DNA from: Methanobacteriota archaeon
Lineage (GTDB): Archaea; Methanobacteriota; Methanobacteria; Methanobacteriales; Methanobacteriaceae
Length of the DNA: 64,000 bases
Direction of reading: 5' to 3'
Assembly (NCBI GenBank): GCA_963787255.1
Contig: CAWBCJ010000025.1
Span: 64,001 to 128,000, forward strand
Part shown: positions 53,012 to 64,000 of the stretch, in pieces
Numbering within the stretch: position 1 is the first letter of the stretch
Layout of the letters: every line of letters begins with the position of its first letter
Translations under genes and position numbers: made by a program
Notes under the pieces: generated by a model
Databases searched by the model: none
Seen by the model: the letters and a program-made list of their open reading frames with translations, nothing else
What the model was told of the DNA's origin: nothing

Positions 53012-53527
53012 ATGCCAATATTGAAAGATAATGAAAGGGAACAGTTACGACAACTGGTTAAGGCGTGTCTGCTGGAAATAAGTAAATTAAAAATTGAGCA
53101 TAAGAAATTTCAGAATGAATCTAAAAATTCTATCAAACTGGAAAAAGGGCATGTTAATGAAAAGAATAAGCAAATAGAAGAGCTTGAAAATCTTTTAAAG
53201 GAGAATGAAGCAGAAATTAGGAAGTTAAAGGCTGTTATTAAAGAAAAAGATGCTCAATTGGAGGAAGGTAAAAAAATTAAGCTTTATTTTGATGCGCTTA
53301 CTGCCAGGCCAAAAAAGGACCTTACTTCTTTTCAGTCGCAGATTTATCAGTTATTAAGTACAGATAAAAGCATTATTGAAGATCATTATAAACAAATAAT
53401 AGATATTGGATTTACAGAACTTTCTTTAGATAATTTTAACAGTATTTTAAGGAATTTAGAGAGAAAAGGTTATATTAAATCTGTTAAAGAAGATGGAACG
53501 GTTTTTTGGGTAAAAATTGAGAAATAA
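53012..53527 (+). CDS. Coiled-coil protein with C-terminal winged-helix-like domain
   Basis: Heptads then LTSFQSQIYQLL...ILRNLERKGYIKS. Confidence 0.75.
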   Translation: MPILKDNEREQLRQLVKACLLEISKLKIEHKKFQNESKNSIKLEKGHVNEKNKQIEELENLLKENEAEIRKLKAVIKEKDAQLEEGKKIKLYFDALTARPKKDLTSFQSQIYQLLSTDKSIIEDHYKQIIDIGFTELSLDNFNSILRNLERKGYIKSVKEDGTVFWVKIEK

Positions 53528-53647
53528 TAGGTTCATTTTTTCACTTTTTTAAAATGTTATTTATTTTTAAATTTTTTTTTTATTGCCTCTAAAAATGTAT
53601 TTATACATCCCGATAAAGAATTATATTAAAAAAAGGGAGGTATTTTT

Positions 53648-54436
53648 ATGGATGTTGGGGATTATTATTCTAAATCAGTTAATGATTTTAAAGAAAATCT
53701 AAATATTGCAATTCCATCTCTTGTGGGAATTGTTTTGACATTTGTAATAGTAATTGTAGCTGTTTTAATAGGTGTTTTTGGAGCTTATTTTAGTTCAATA
53801 AATGCGAATTTAGCTACTCTAAATTTAGCTTTAGTAGCTATTTTTGTTTTATTAATTGGAATAGCGGTTATACTTTCACTTTTTATAAGTTCTTTTATCT
53901 ATGCTGCTACTATTGGGATGGCTAAAAAGATAATAGAAGGAAAAAAGCCTGATTTAAATGTCGCCTGGAAATATGGAAAAAAATATTTCCTTAAAATTTT
54001 AGCAGTAGTCATCATTATATTTATTCTGTATTTGTTACTTGCTATACCTGCATTTTTAGGTTTAATCCTTTTGAATATCTCATCTACAATTGGTTTGGTT
54101 ATTCTTGTTCTTGGAATTATTATATTGATTGTGGGAGCAATTTTTATGACCTTAGCTTTAATGGTAGTAAATCAAGCAATTGTAGTGGGTGAAAAATCTA
54201 TTATTAGCGCAATAAAGGATAGTTACAAGGTATTCATGAACAATAAGTTACAGGTATTTTTAGTGGGTTTAATTAATTTTGTTATTGGATTGGCGGTAAG
54301 CTCTTTAGGATTTATTCCTTATGTAGGATGGCTTTTAAACATAATTGCAGAGATAGTACTGATTCCTTTCTTTGCATTGGTTGTTACATATCTATATATG
54401 GATCTTAAGGGTAAGTTACCACAATATGAATATTAA
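53648..54436 (+). CDS. Multi-pass membrane protein
   Basis: About six TM segments, AWKYGKKYF, SAIKDSY, FIPYVG; GGAGGT RBS. Confidence 0.8.
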   Translation: MDVGDYYSKSVNDFKENLNIAIPSLVGIVLTFVIVIVAVLIGVFGAYFSSINANLATLNLALVAIFVLLIGIAVILSLFISSFIYAATIGMAKKIIEGKKPDLNVAWKYGKKYFLKILAVVIIIFILYLLLAIPAFLGLILLNISSTIGLVILVLGIIILIVGAIFMTLALMVVNQAIVVGEKSIISAIKDSYKVFMNNKLQVFLVGLINFVIGLAVSSLGFIPYVGWLLNIIAEIVLIPFFALVVTYLYMDLKGKLPQYEY

Positions 54437-54720
54437 ATGTTAATTAATAGAATTTCTGTACATTCAATAACTATTAAAATGAGTTATTGATTGTAATTTT
54501 ATTTTTAATTTCAATTATATATCATAAACAAAATTTAATCTATGATTATACTAATTCCAAACGAAATTAAGAATTAAATTTAAATAAATATGAATTTAAT
54601 AAAGAAATAAGCATTATTAAATGCTTTGATAATTAAAATTATAGAAAATTAATCATATTCATTGTATTATTTAACTCCCTACTCCCTAGTTTGCTTTTAA
54701 ATCAATAAAATTTCAAAATA

Positions 54721-54737
54721 GGAAATTATTTATATAA
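54721..54737 (+). promoter_or_regulatory. BRE-TATA promoter of the thermosome gene
   Basis: GGAAATTA-TTTATATA about 45 nt upstream of GTG; GAGGTGA RBS. Confidence 0.6.
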
Positions 54738-54780
54738 CCTCTAACCCATTGATTAACTACAAAACAATAGAGGTGATAAT

Positions 54781-56418
54781 GTGGCACAATTAGGTGGTGG
54801 AAACCAACCGATATTAATTTTACCAGAAGGTACTAACAGATTTTTAGGTAGAGATGCTCAAAGAATGAACATTATGGCAGGGAAAGCCCTAGCAGAAACA
54901 GTAAGAACAACCCTTGGCCCAAAGGGAATGGATAAAATGCTCGTAGATGGATTAGGCGACATTGTAGTTACAAACGATGGAGTAACAATCCTTAAAGAAA
55001 TGGATATTGAACATCCAGCAGCAAAAATGCTTGTTGAAGTTGCAAAAACCCAGGAAGATGAAGTAGGGGATGGAACAACAACAGCAGTTATTATAGCTGG
55101 AGAATTACTCAAAAAAGCTGAAGATCTCCTTGATATGGATATCCATGCAACAATAATCGCTATGGGTTACAGACAAGCAGCAGAAAAAGCTCAAGAAATA
55201 TTAAACGTTATTTCAATCGACGCTGACGACAGAGACACTCTTTTAAAAGTTGCAATGACCGCAATGACAGGTAAAGGAACCGAAAAGGCTAGAAAACCAC
55301 TAGCAGAACTCATTGTAGCTGCTGTTAAACAAGTAGAAGAAGACGGCGAAATTGATAGCGATCATATTAAAATAGAGAAAAAAGACGGCGCAGTTGTAGA
55401 CGAATCAGAACTCGTTCAAGGTGTAATAATCGACAAAGAAAGAGTACACCCTGGAATGCCGGCAAAAATCGAAGACGCAAAAATAGCACTCCTAAACTCA
55501 GCAATAGAAGTTAAAGAAACAGAAGTAGACGCAGAAATCAGAATCACAGACCCAGCACAAATGCAAGCTTTCATTGAACAGGAAGAACAGATGATCAGAA
55601 ACATGATTAACAAAGTTGAAGACTCTGGTGCAAATGTTTTATTCTGCCAAAAAGGTATTGACGACCTTGCACAGCACTATCTGGCAAAAGCAGGTATAAT
55701 GGCTGTTAGAAGAGTTAAAAAATCCGACATGGAAAAACTTGCTAAAGCAACCCGTGCAAAAGTTGTAACCAACATTGAAGATCTATCTTTCAGTGACCTT
55801 GGAGAAGCTGGAAAAGTAGTAGAAAAGAAAATCTCCGGCGAAGACATGATATTTGTAGAAGGATGCAAAGATCCTAAAGCTGTAACAATATTAGTTAGAG
55901 GTTCAACAAAACACGTTGTAGATGAAATCGAAAGAGCAGTTGACGACGCAATTGGCGTAGTTGCAGCAACAGTAGAAGACAAAAAAGTTGTAGCTGGTGG
56001 AGGAGCACCTGAAATCGCAATATCCAAAGGATTAAAAGAATATGCAGACTCCATAACTGGCAGAGAACAATTAGCTGTTTCCGCATTTGCAGAAGCTCTT
56101 GAAATTGTTCCAAAAACACTCGCTGAAAACGCTGGATTAGACAGTATTGATGCTTTAGTTGATTTAAGAGCAGCACACGAAAAATCTCTTTACATGGGAT
56201 TAGATGTTTTCGAAGGTGATGTACGAGATATGTACAGAGCTGGTGTTGTCGAACCTATGAGAGTTAAAAAACAGGCTATTCAATCCGCTGCAGAAGCTGC
56301 AGAAATGATCCTCCGTATTGACGACGTTATCGCATCAACAGGTGCTGGTAGAGGCGGCGAAATGGAAGGAATGGAAGGTATGGGCGGTATGCCTGGTGGA
56401 ATGCCTCCAATGATGTAA
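54781..56418 (+). CDS. thsA: Thermosome (group II chaperonin) subunit; alpha versus beta not resolvable here
   Basis: [32 protein letters not shown]-terminal GGM repeats. Confidence 0.97.
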   Translation: MAQLGGGNQPILILPEGTNRFLGRDAQRMNIMAGKALAETVRTTLGPKGMDKMLVDGLGDIVVTNDGVTILKEMDIEHPAAKMLVEVAKTQEDEVGDGTTTAVIIAGELLKKAEDLLDMDIHATIIAMGYRQAAEKAQEILNVISIDADDRDTLLKVAMTAMTGKGTEKARKPLAELIVAAVKQVEEDGEIDSDHIKIEKKDGAVVDESELVQGVIIDKERVHPGMPAKIEDAKIALLNSAIEVKETEVDAEIRITDPAQMQAFIEQEEQMIRNMINKVEDSGANVLFCQKGIDDLAQHYLAKAGIMAVRRVKKSDMEKLAKATRAKVVTNIEDLSFSDLGEAGKVVEKKISGEDMIFVEGCKDPKAVTILVRGSTKHVVDEIERAVDDAIGVVAATVEDKKVVAGGGAPEIAISKGLKEYADSITGREQLAVSAFAEALEIVPKTLAENAGLDSIDALVDLRAAHEKSLYMGLDVFEGDVRDMYRAGVVEPMRVKKQAIQSAAEAAEMILRIDDVIASTGAGRGGEMEGMEGMGGMPGGMPPMM

Positions 56419-56467
56419 TAGAATTACATCAATCTCTTTTTTTATTTTTAAAATTAAAACTTTATAG

Positions 56468-57514
56468 TTAAATTTTGATTCTGATAATTTTATCGTCTCC
56501 AGATTGTGGAATACCTCTACCATCCTGATTGGAGGTGGAAATGTATAAATAGCCATTGTGTTCAACGACTTCCCTGATTCTTCCAAGATTAGTAAATAGT
56601 GCTTCTTCACCTGTTACTGTTTTACCATCTGATGAGAGACTAATTTTACGTAATTGGGAACCACGCAATCCAGCAACATATAGAGCACTGTTATAATATG
56701 CTATTCCTGATGGAGCAAGTGTAAAGTCTGTATAAAATGTTAATGGTTTAATATAGCCTTCAGGTGAGTTGTTTCCTTCATAATTAGGCCATCCATAATT
56801 ACCGCCTTTTACAATGATATTTATTTCATCATTTCTTGATTGTCCATGTTCTGAAGAGTACATTTCTTTTGTTATGGGGTTCCATGTGATTCCTTGAGGA
56901 TTTCTATGTCCATATGAATAAACATAGTTTCCAAAGGGGTTGTCGGATGGAATTGAACCGTCTTTATTTAATCTAAGTATTTTACCCTGGAGTGAATTAG
57001 TATTTTGTGCTTCGGGGCGGTTAGTGGCATCTCCGGTTGTTACGTATAATTTTCCATCCGGTCCAAATTTTATGCGTCCGCCGTCGTGAATTTGGGCACT
57101 GGGAATATTATCAATAATTATAGTTTCATTTTCTAATTTTTCATTTAATATGAATCTTGATACTCTATTTCCATTTTGTGCAGTGTAGTATATATATACA
57201 TATTTGTTTTCGGTGAAGTTTGGATCAACTGCAATTCCTAGCAATCCAGACTCTCCCATTTGGTCGACATTAATGTTTCCTACTGATTTAACAGTGCCAT
57301 TATCTAAGATACTTACTTCTCCCTCACGTTGGGTAAATACTATTTTATCATCTGGAAGAAAATCTAGGGCCCATGGTGTGTCTAGATTTTGTGCAAGGAT
57401 TTCTTGATTTCCTTGAGGGTTAGCGGGGTTTGAAATAGTAAAAAATAGAATTAAAATGGCAATAATAATGATTAATGGTATTAATAGGAGCTTTTTATTC
57501 ATTTTCGAACACAT
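56468..57514 (-). CDS. PQQ-dependent glucose/sorbosone dehydrogenase-family beta-propeller, membrane-anchored
   Basis: PWALDFLPD, GLLGIAVDPNF, HDGGRIKFGPDG, YGHRNPQG, GGNYGWP. Confidence 0.9.
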   Translation of the reverse strand: MCSKMNKKLLLIPLIIIIAILILFFTISNPANPQGNQEILAQNLDTPWALDFLPDDKIVFTQREGEVSILDNGTVKSVGNINVDQMGESGLLGIAVDPNFTENKYVYIYYTAQNGNRVSRFILNEKLENETIIIDNIPSAQIHDGGRIKFGPDGKLYVTTGDATNRPEAQNTNSLQGKILRLNKDGSIPSDNPFGNYVYSYGHRNPQGITWNPITKEMYSSEHGQSRNDEINIIVKGGNYGWPNYEGNNSPEGYIKPLTFYTDFTLAPSGIAYYNSALYVAGLRGSQLRKISLSSDGKTVTGEEALFTNLGRIREVVEHNGYLYISTSNQDGRGIPQSGDDKIIRIKI

Positions 57515-57538
57515 TTTTTTTAAATCTTTTAATACTGT

Positions 57539-58012
57539 TTATTTATTTTTTATTTTTATTATAAGTTTTGAAATAATGCCTCCTATATATCCAAAAATAA
57601 ATCCAAATGCTCCTAATGGAATAAGATAAATTAAAAATACTATTATGTATCCTAATGGTCCAAGGGTAACTATTACCTCAGAAGATGTTGGTATTTTTAC
57701 CATTCCTGCTGTGTATATGAATATCATCATTATTATCACGACGATAATTCCACTTAGTCCTCCATAAATTTCATTTCTTTTTTTAGATGTTATGATGATG
57801 GTGGTGACAAATCCAGATATGATTAAGGAGATTATCCAGGCTGTAAAATTCCATGAAGAATTTGAGATGAAAAATAGGATGTTTGTGGTATTAAATTCTG
57901 AAATAATAATAAATGGGTCGATAATGTACATTTTGAATATTAAGGAGGCAATTAATCCAGTAATAACTCCAGTTATTAGAGCTATCCTTATGCTTTGCAT
58001 CGTTAAATTCAT
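57539..58012 (-). CDS. Membrane protein (DUF5518-like)
   Basis: Four Gly-rich TM segments. Confidence 0.65.
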   Translation of the reverse strand: MNLTMQSIRIALITGVITGLIASLIFKMYIIDPFIIISEFNTTNILFFISNSSWNFTAWIISLIISGFVTTIIITSKKRNEIYGGLSGIIVVIIMMIFIYTAGMVKIPTSSEVIVTLGPLGYIIVFLIYLIPLGAFGFIFGYIGGIISKLIIKIKNK

Positions 58013-58257
58013 TTTTTTTATCCTTTAAAAATTAATTAATCACTCATTTTGTTATTTAAAATATTTAAATTTTTATTACTAAATTATTTTTAAACAAGAT
58101 TTTATTCTTTAATTCGTTATTATGGTTCTAAAAAGATGTTAATTAAATGAATGCCCTTTTTTAAAATTTTGTTTTTAAATTTTCAGTAAGAAAAAAAGCA
58201 AATAATTTAATAATAATTTGAGTATAAGTAATATAATATATTTGGGTGGTGAAATTC

Positions 58258-59742
58258 TTGGATCAATACAAAATGTTCTTACAAAGAATGGGATTAATAG
58301 GAGCCTCAAACTTTCTAGTGACCATAACACCAATAATACTTCTCCCAATTTTAACCCAAAACCTTTCCATTGCAGACTACGGTGTATGGGTCCAATTTCA
58401 AATCACCATCACACTCGTCCCTTCAATTGCAATCCTTGGACTACCATATACCATGGTTAGATTTATGGCAACATCAAAAAGTAGAGAAGAAATACAAGAA
58501 TCATTTTATTCATTCTTATTTTCAGTAACAATTGCAGGTCTAATCGCTGCACTAGTACTCTTTCTTCTTGCAGAACCCATCTCTAACGCATTATTCAATG
58601 GAAATTTGATTGTAGGAATTATTTTACCTATAACTGCACTAATGACAGCACTAATGCTCCTTTTCTTTGATTTTTTCAGAGCATTTAACCAAATGACAAA
58701 ATATGCAATTTTAACAACCCTACAAGCATATATGGTAGTGATTTTTGTTGCAGCATTTGTATTTGCAGGATTTGGCATAATTGGGGCAGTAACAGGAATT
58801 TTAATTACACAAACACTAATTTCTTTAATAATGTTTGTATTAGTACTAAGACAAATTGGATTTAAGATTCCTAAATTTAAAAATTTAAGAGAATATCTAG
58901 CCTTCGGATTACCAACAGTCCCAAGTAATGCATCATTTTGGGTTTTAGACGCATCAGATCGTTATGTAATTGGATTAATCCTTGGTATAAGTGCTGTTAG
59001 TTTTTATTCTGCAGGATACACCATAAGTGCTTTAATGGCGCTTCTTACAGCTCCTCTCTATACAGTTCTGCTGCCAATTCTATCCCAATACTACGCTGAA
59101 AGAAAAATAAGAGAAACAAGATTTCTTTTAAATTACTCCATAAAACTATATCTAGTCATAGCCGTACCTACTGTGGTTGCATTATCTGTTCTTGCAAAAC
59201 CTTTACTTTACATATTGTCCACACCAGCTTTAGCAGATGTAGGATATGTAATAACTCCTATTCTTGCATTAGGAGGATTAGTATTTGGTCTTTACTGCAT
59301 CGTAACACAGATAATAGTTATGGAAAGAAGAACTAAGATTACGGGTTATATCTGGATAATTTCTACTATATTAAATATTGTTTTAGATATTGCCTTTGGA
59401 TATTTATTTGGAATTATTGGAATTGCAGTTACTACCCTTCTTATCTACCTATTCGCATTTTTAATTACTTCCTACTATTCATTTAAGTATATAAGATGTA
59501 ATTTCTATTTTGGATTTATAGCTAAAGTGACAATTGCAGCAACAATCATGGCTGTATTTTTATTTTTAATAAACCCATTCGGCGCTTTAAATGTCGTTTT
59601 AGGAGGATTAATATCATTTAGTTTATACATCTTAATTCTCTGGCTACTTAAAGGAATAAAAACAGGAGAAATCAAGTTTTTCATTGGACTTATAAAAGAA
59701 GCACTCTTAAATGCTTATAAATTATTAAGAGGTCTTAGCTGA
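58258..59742 (+). CDS. Polysaccharide flippase (Wzx/MOP family)
   Basis: LPILT..L..ADYG, LGLP, DRYVIG..LG..AV.FYSAGY; 12-14 TM; TTG 58258 after GGTGA (track start 58246). Confidence 0.9.
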   Translation: MDQYKMFLQRMGLIGASNFLVTITPIILLPILTQNLSIADYGVWVQFQITITLVPSIAILGLPYTMVRFMATSKSREEIQESFYSFLFSVTIAGLIAALVLFLLAEPISNALFNGNLIVGIILPITALMTALMLLFFDFFRAFNQMTKYAILTTLQAYMVVIFVAAFVFAGFGIIGAVTGILITQTLISLIMFVLVLRQIGFKIPKFKNLREYLAFGLPTVPSNASFWVLDASDRYVIGLILGISAVSFYSAGYTISALMALLTAPLYTVLLPILSQYYAERKIRETRFLLNYSIKLYLVIAVPTVVALSVLAKPLLYILSTPALADVGYVITPILALGGLVFGLYCIVTQIIVMERRTKITGYIWIISTILNIVLDIAFGYLFGIIGIAVTTLLIYLFAFLITSYYSFKYIRCNFYFGFIAKVTIAATIMAVFLFLINPFGALNVVLGGLISFSLYILILWLLKGIKTGEIKFFIGLIKEALLNAYKLLRGLS

Positions 59743-59772
59743 AATATAAATTAAAAAAAGAACAAATAACAT

Positions 59773-60147
59773 ATGGGGATAAAAAAAATGTCTATATTAA
59801 AAAGAAGTACAAAAAAAGATTTTGAAGACATAGAACCTAAAGAAGCTTTTACTATACTTGAAAAACATAGAAATGATTCTGATTATGTCCCGTTAGATGT
59901 GAGAACTCAAAAAGAATATGATGAGGGGCATATTGAGAATGCAACATTTTTAAACATTAAATCAAAGAATTTTGAGGAAGAGTTGAATAAATTAGATAAA
60001 AATAAAAAATATTTTGTTTACTGTAAAAGAGGGCCTAGAAGTGATAAAGCTGCTCGATTGATGAAAAAACATGGATTTAATGAGATATATGAGATTGTGG
60101 GCGGATTTGATAAATGGAAATCTAAAAGATTGCCTGTTGAAAAATAA
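59773..60147 (+). CDS. Rhodanese-like domain protein
   Basis: LDVRT..EY..GHI, YCKRGPRS, GGFDKW. Confidence 0.92.
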   Translation: MGIKKMSILKRSTKKDFEDIEPKEAFTILEKHRNDSDYVPLDVRTQKEYDEGHIENATFLNIKSKNFEEELNKLDKNKKYFVYCKRGPRSDKAARLMKKHGFNEIYEIVGGFDKWKSKRLPVEK

Positions 60148-60261
60148 AAGCTAGAATTATCAAAAATTCAACCCATCTAATGCAATTTGGCAGTCCAGAA
60201 AAACAACTTATTCTAGGACTTTAAAAAAAGGATTGCAAATAATAGTTGAAGTAGAGTGTCT

Positions 60262-60298
60262 AAAAAAAATAAGTAATTTTACAGCATATCCCGCTGTA
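60262..60298 (-). terminator. Hairpin plus oligo-U tract downstream of the thiolase
   Basis: Minus strand TACAGC-gggatat-GCTGTA followed by a T7 run. Confidence 0.45.
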
Positions 60299-60318
60299 GT
60301 TACTTTTATTTTATTTGT

Positions 60319-61482
<1,164 letters not shown>

Positions 61483-61553
61483 CTAATATAAAAACCTGTT
61501 TTTTTTATAAAATGATTTTTTTTTGTAAATTAAATAATTTAATTAAATTAATT

Positions 61554-62594
61554 TTATGCCATTTTCAGTTTACCTTTAAATTTGGCGTACATGGCGTAAT
61601 CAACGTAGCTTTTCTTTTCTACTAATTCTGTGACTTTAGGCGCGTGATCTCTTCTTTCTTCTATTTTATCGTTAACAGTTATGCTGAATGCATCGCTTCC
61701 TGCACCTGATCCATATGATACTGCGAGAATTCTATCTCCTGGCTGTGCAATATCTAATATAGCTGCTAATCCTAATGGAGTAGCACCAGAATAAGTGTTT
61801 CCTATAACTGGAGTTAAAAGCCCAGTTTTCGACTGTTCACTGTTAAATCCAAGCTTTTTAGCAGCTTTAAGGTAGAATTTACCATTAGGCTGGTGGAATA
61901 CTGCATGATCGTAATCTGATGCTTCAGTTCCCATTTTTTCAAACATTCCCTTTGCTGCAGACAACACATGTTTAAAGTAGGCTGGTTCTCCTGTGAACCT
62001 TCCACCATGTCTTGGGTATGGTTTTCCTTCTCTTCTGTAGAAATCTGGTGTGTCTGTAGTAAAACTGTAAGTTCCTTCAATATCAGCAATGGTGTTTTCA
62101 TTTCCAATAACGTAAGCAGCCCCTCCTGCGGATGCTGTGTATTCTAAAGCATCTCCTGGAGCGCCCTGTGCTGTATCTGCACCGACTGCTAATCCATAAT
62201 CGATAATACCTGAATCTACCATTCCCATACAAATTTGCATTCCTGCAGTACCGGCTTTACATGCAAATTCTAGATCTGCCGATGTCAGATGTGGTGATGC
62301 ACCAACTGCTTCTGCTACAATAGTTGCTGTAGGTTTCACAGCGTAAGGGTGTGATTCTGATCCAATATAAACTGCCCCAATCCTTTGAGGGTCTATCATT
62401 GATCTTTTAATTGCGTATCTTGCTGCTTCCACCGAAATGGTTGCAGTGTCTTCATCGGGAGCTGGAACAGACTTTTCCTGTACAACAAGCCCTCTAGAAA
62501 TAGCATTAGGGTCATCTCCCCATACTTTGGCTATTTCTTCAACTTTTATTCTATATGAAGGTATATAAACTCCATATCCTACTATTCCTGCCAT
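61554..62594 (-). CDS. Hydroxymethylglutaryl-CoA synthase
   Basis: [40 protein letters not shown]. Confidence 0.96.
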   Translation of the reverse strand: MAGIVGYGVYIPSYRIKVEEIAKVWGDDPNAISRGLVVQEKSVPAPDEDTATISVEAARYAIKRSMIDPQRIGAVYIGSESHPYAVKPTATIVAEAVGASPHLTSADLEFACKAGTAGMQICMGMVDSGIIDYGLAVGADTAQGAPGDALEYTASAGGAAYVIGNENTIADIEGTYSFTTDTPDFYRREGKPYPRHGGRFTGEPAYFKHVLSAAKGMFEKMGTEASDYDHAVFHQPNGKFYLKAAKKLGFNSEQSKTGLLTPVIGNTYSGATPLGLAAILDIAQPGDRILAVSYGSGAGSDAFSITVNDKIEERRDHAPKVTELVEKKSYVDYAMYAKFKGKLKMA

Positions 62595-62645
62595 TTATTA
62601 TCACTACCTGCAAATAAACAATTTTAAGATTTATTTTATATTTTT

Positions 62646-62687
62646 AGTATGTAAATGTTAGTTAAATTTTTAAAGTATGTAAATGTT
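62646..62687. repeat. 14-bp perfect direct repeat upstream of HMG-CoA synthase
   Basis: AGTATGTAAATGTT at 62646-62659 and 62674-62687. Confidence 0.7.
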
Positions 62688-62879
62688 TTTTAAAAGTTAA
62701 ATAAAAAAAATATAACTCTATTCATAATATTTTAAAAGTTAGTTACATGATATTGCTAATAAGATGTTTATAAAGTTTACTATAAAAATAAATTAAAAAA
62801 AATAATGAACAACGCTTAATTTCAATTATTAAGGCCTTAATATTTCATTTATCAAAAAATAGATATTATATAAAGATAA

Positions 62880-63110
62880 TTAGACTTTAAGTTGAACATA
62901 CAAAATTTTAGTCCCTTTTATAAACTCTATACCTACTGCAGTTTCAATAGCAACGTTTAAGTAATTATCTATTGCTAACAGCCGCCCATCTTTGGTTTCA
63001 CTGTCTTTTTGCCGTACCTGAACATCTTTATTCTGAAATTGTCTAAGCTGTCTGTGAAGCGGATTTTCTTTCTTCTCTTCTGATTTGGCTGCTATTATTT
63101 TTCCTCTCAT
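62880..63110 (-). CDS. Sm/LSm-domain protein
   Basis: V.V..KD....GRLLAIDNYLNV (Sm1) and FIKGTKILYV (Sm2). Confidence 0.85.
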   Translation of the reverse strand: MRGKIIAAKSEEKKENPLHRQLRQFQNKDVQVRQKDSETKDGRLLAIDNYLNVAIETAVGIEFIKGTKILYVQLKV

Positions 63111-63274
63111 TATATCATCTCTTGATTAAATAATTAAAAGTATCAATGCTGAAATTTATTTTTATTATTATATAATTATTTCCATCCTTTAAATAATAAT
63201 AGAAACTATTTTCAATAGCATAACAGGATTACAGTTTCTTATCCTGAAAACATCTAATTTAAATTAATAAAAAA

Positions 63275-63967
63275 TTAAATATATTGCGATTGCCAGCTGT
63301 AACGCTCTTCTTTCCAGGGATCACCCCGCATATGATATCCGTTAGACTCCCAAAATCCAGGTTTATCTTCTACCATAAATTCCACTCCAGTTACCCATTT
63401 AGCACTTTTCCAAAAATACAATCTAGGAACAACAAGTCTTACAGGTCCGCCATGGCATTTAGTTATTGGAATACCATTATGATTGGCAACGAACAAAACA
63501 TCATTTTCAAAGAAATCTTCAATAGGCAAATTAGTTGTAAAATTTCCAGACGCATGAACCATTACATATTTTGCCTCTGGTAGAATATTGACGACTTCTT
63601 TGATTTTAGAGGTACTAACACCTTCCCACAGATTATTCAATTTGGACCATGATGTTACGCAGTGAATATCTGAAAATACTCTATTCATGCCCAAAGAGAT
63701 GAATTCTTCATAATCAAGCTCTCTTTCTTCTTTTACAAGTCCAAATATCTTAAATTTCCATTTTGAAGTGTCAATTTTTTGTACCCCTCCGGCATGCAGA
63801 ACAGGCCAAGATTTAGTTTCATGTTGACCCGGAGGTATTCTATTTTCTCTTTTAGTATCCTCACTTATAATCACACTTTTATCAGATAAAATTTCATTTA
63901 TTTCCTTTTCAGTGAGGCTGTTATCAGGTTTTATTTTGTCTTTAACGCTGCTGTATAATCTTTTCAT
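63275..63967 (-). CDS. Sulfite oxidase-like molybdopterin oxidoreductase
   Basis: RIPPGQ, DIHCVTSWS, HGGPVRLVVPRLYFWKSAKW, GFWE.NGYH.RGDPW.EER. Confidence 0.93.
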   Translation of the reverse strand: MKRLYSSVKDKIKPDNSLTEKEINEILSDKSVIISEDTKRENRIPPGQHETKSWPVLHAGGVQKIDTSKWKFKIFGLVKEERELDYEEFISLGMNRVFSDIHCVTSWSKLNNLWEGVSTSKIKEVVNILPEAKYVMVHASGNFTTNLPIEDFFENDVLFVANHNGIPITKCHGGPVRLVVPRLYFWKSAKWVTGVEFMVEDKPGFWESNGYHMRGDPWKEERYSWQSQYI

Positions 63968-64000
63968 CTCCCATATCACCTGTTTTCTATTTTTTCTGCA

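Noticed and set aside
56350-56415. Repetitive ATGGAAGG/GGM sequence
   Set aside because: Normal Gly-Met chaperonin tail

Overview
AT-rich chromosomal segment (about 30% GC by eye) of a hydrogenotrophic methanogen, very probably Methanobacteriaceae (Methanobacterium-like). The assignment rests on the HMt-type histone, methanofuran (mfnD/mfnF), methanopterin (RFAP synthase), coenzyme B (hacB) and F420 (cofH) genes, archaeal lipid genes (carS, tes, HMG-CoA synthase, thiolase), the aroK-aroQ-rps17e-lysC-dapA-dapB-asd cluster, hel308, elp3, a thermosome gene and a tRNA-Val/tRNA-Phe pair. Most of the window is core housekeeping. I see no CRISPR array, transposase, integrase or prophage. Accessory or unexplained items: (i) a PLD(HKD)-nuclease fused to two OB folds (the last RPA/SSB-like), sitting between dapB and asd; (ii) a 32.6-37.2 kb patch of decayed genes, including an internally deleted MNT antitoxin next to a catalytically eroded HepT and an antitoxin-RelE single ORF one base away from a canonical two-gene TA operon; (iii) two tandem exported proteins with M14-like zinc-peptidase motifs and an M23 peptidase; (iv) small ORFs missed by the track (40-aa zinc finger; 29-aa Phe/Tyr-rich ORF before aroK); (v) candidate ATA/CTG/ATT start codons; (vi) several operator-like palindromes and a structured intergenic element. 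Five genes carry net +1 frameshifts, which suggests consensus errors, so single-indel conclusions need read-level checks. All family assignments come from recalled motifs, not database searches.
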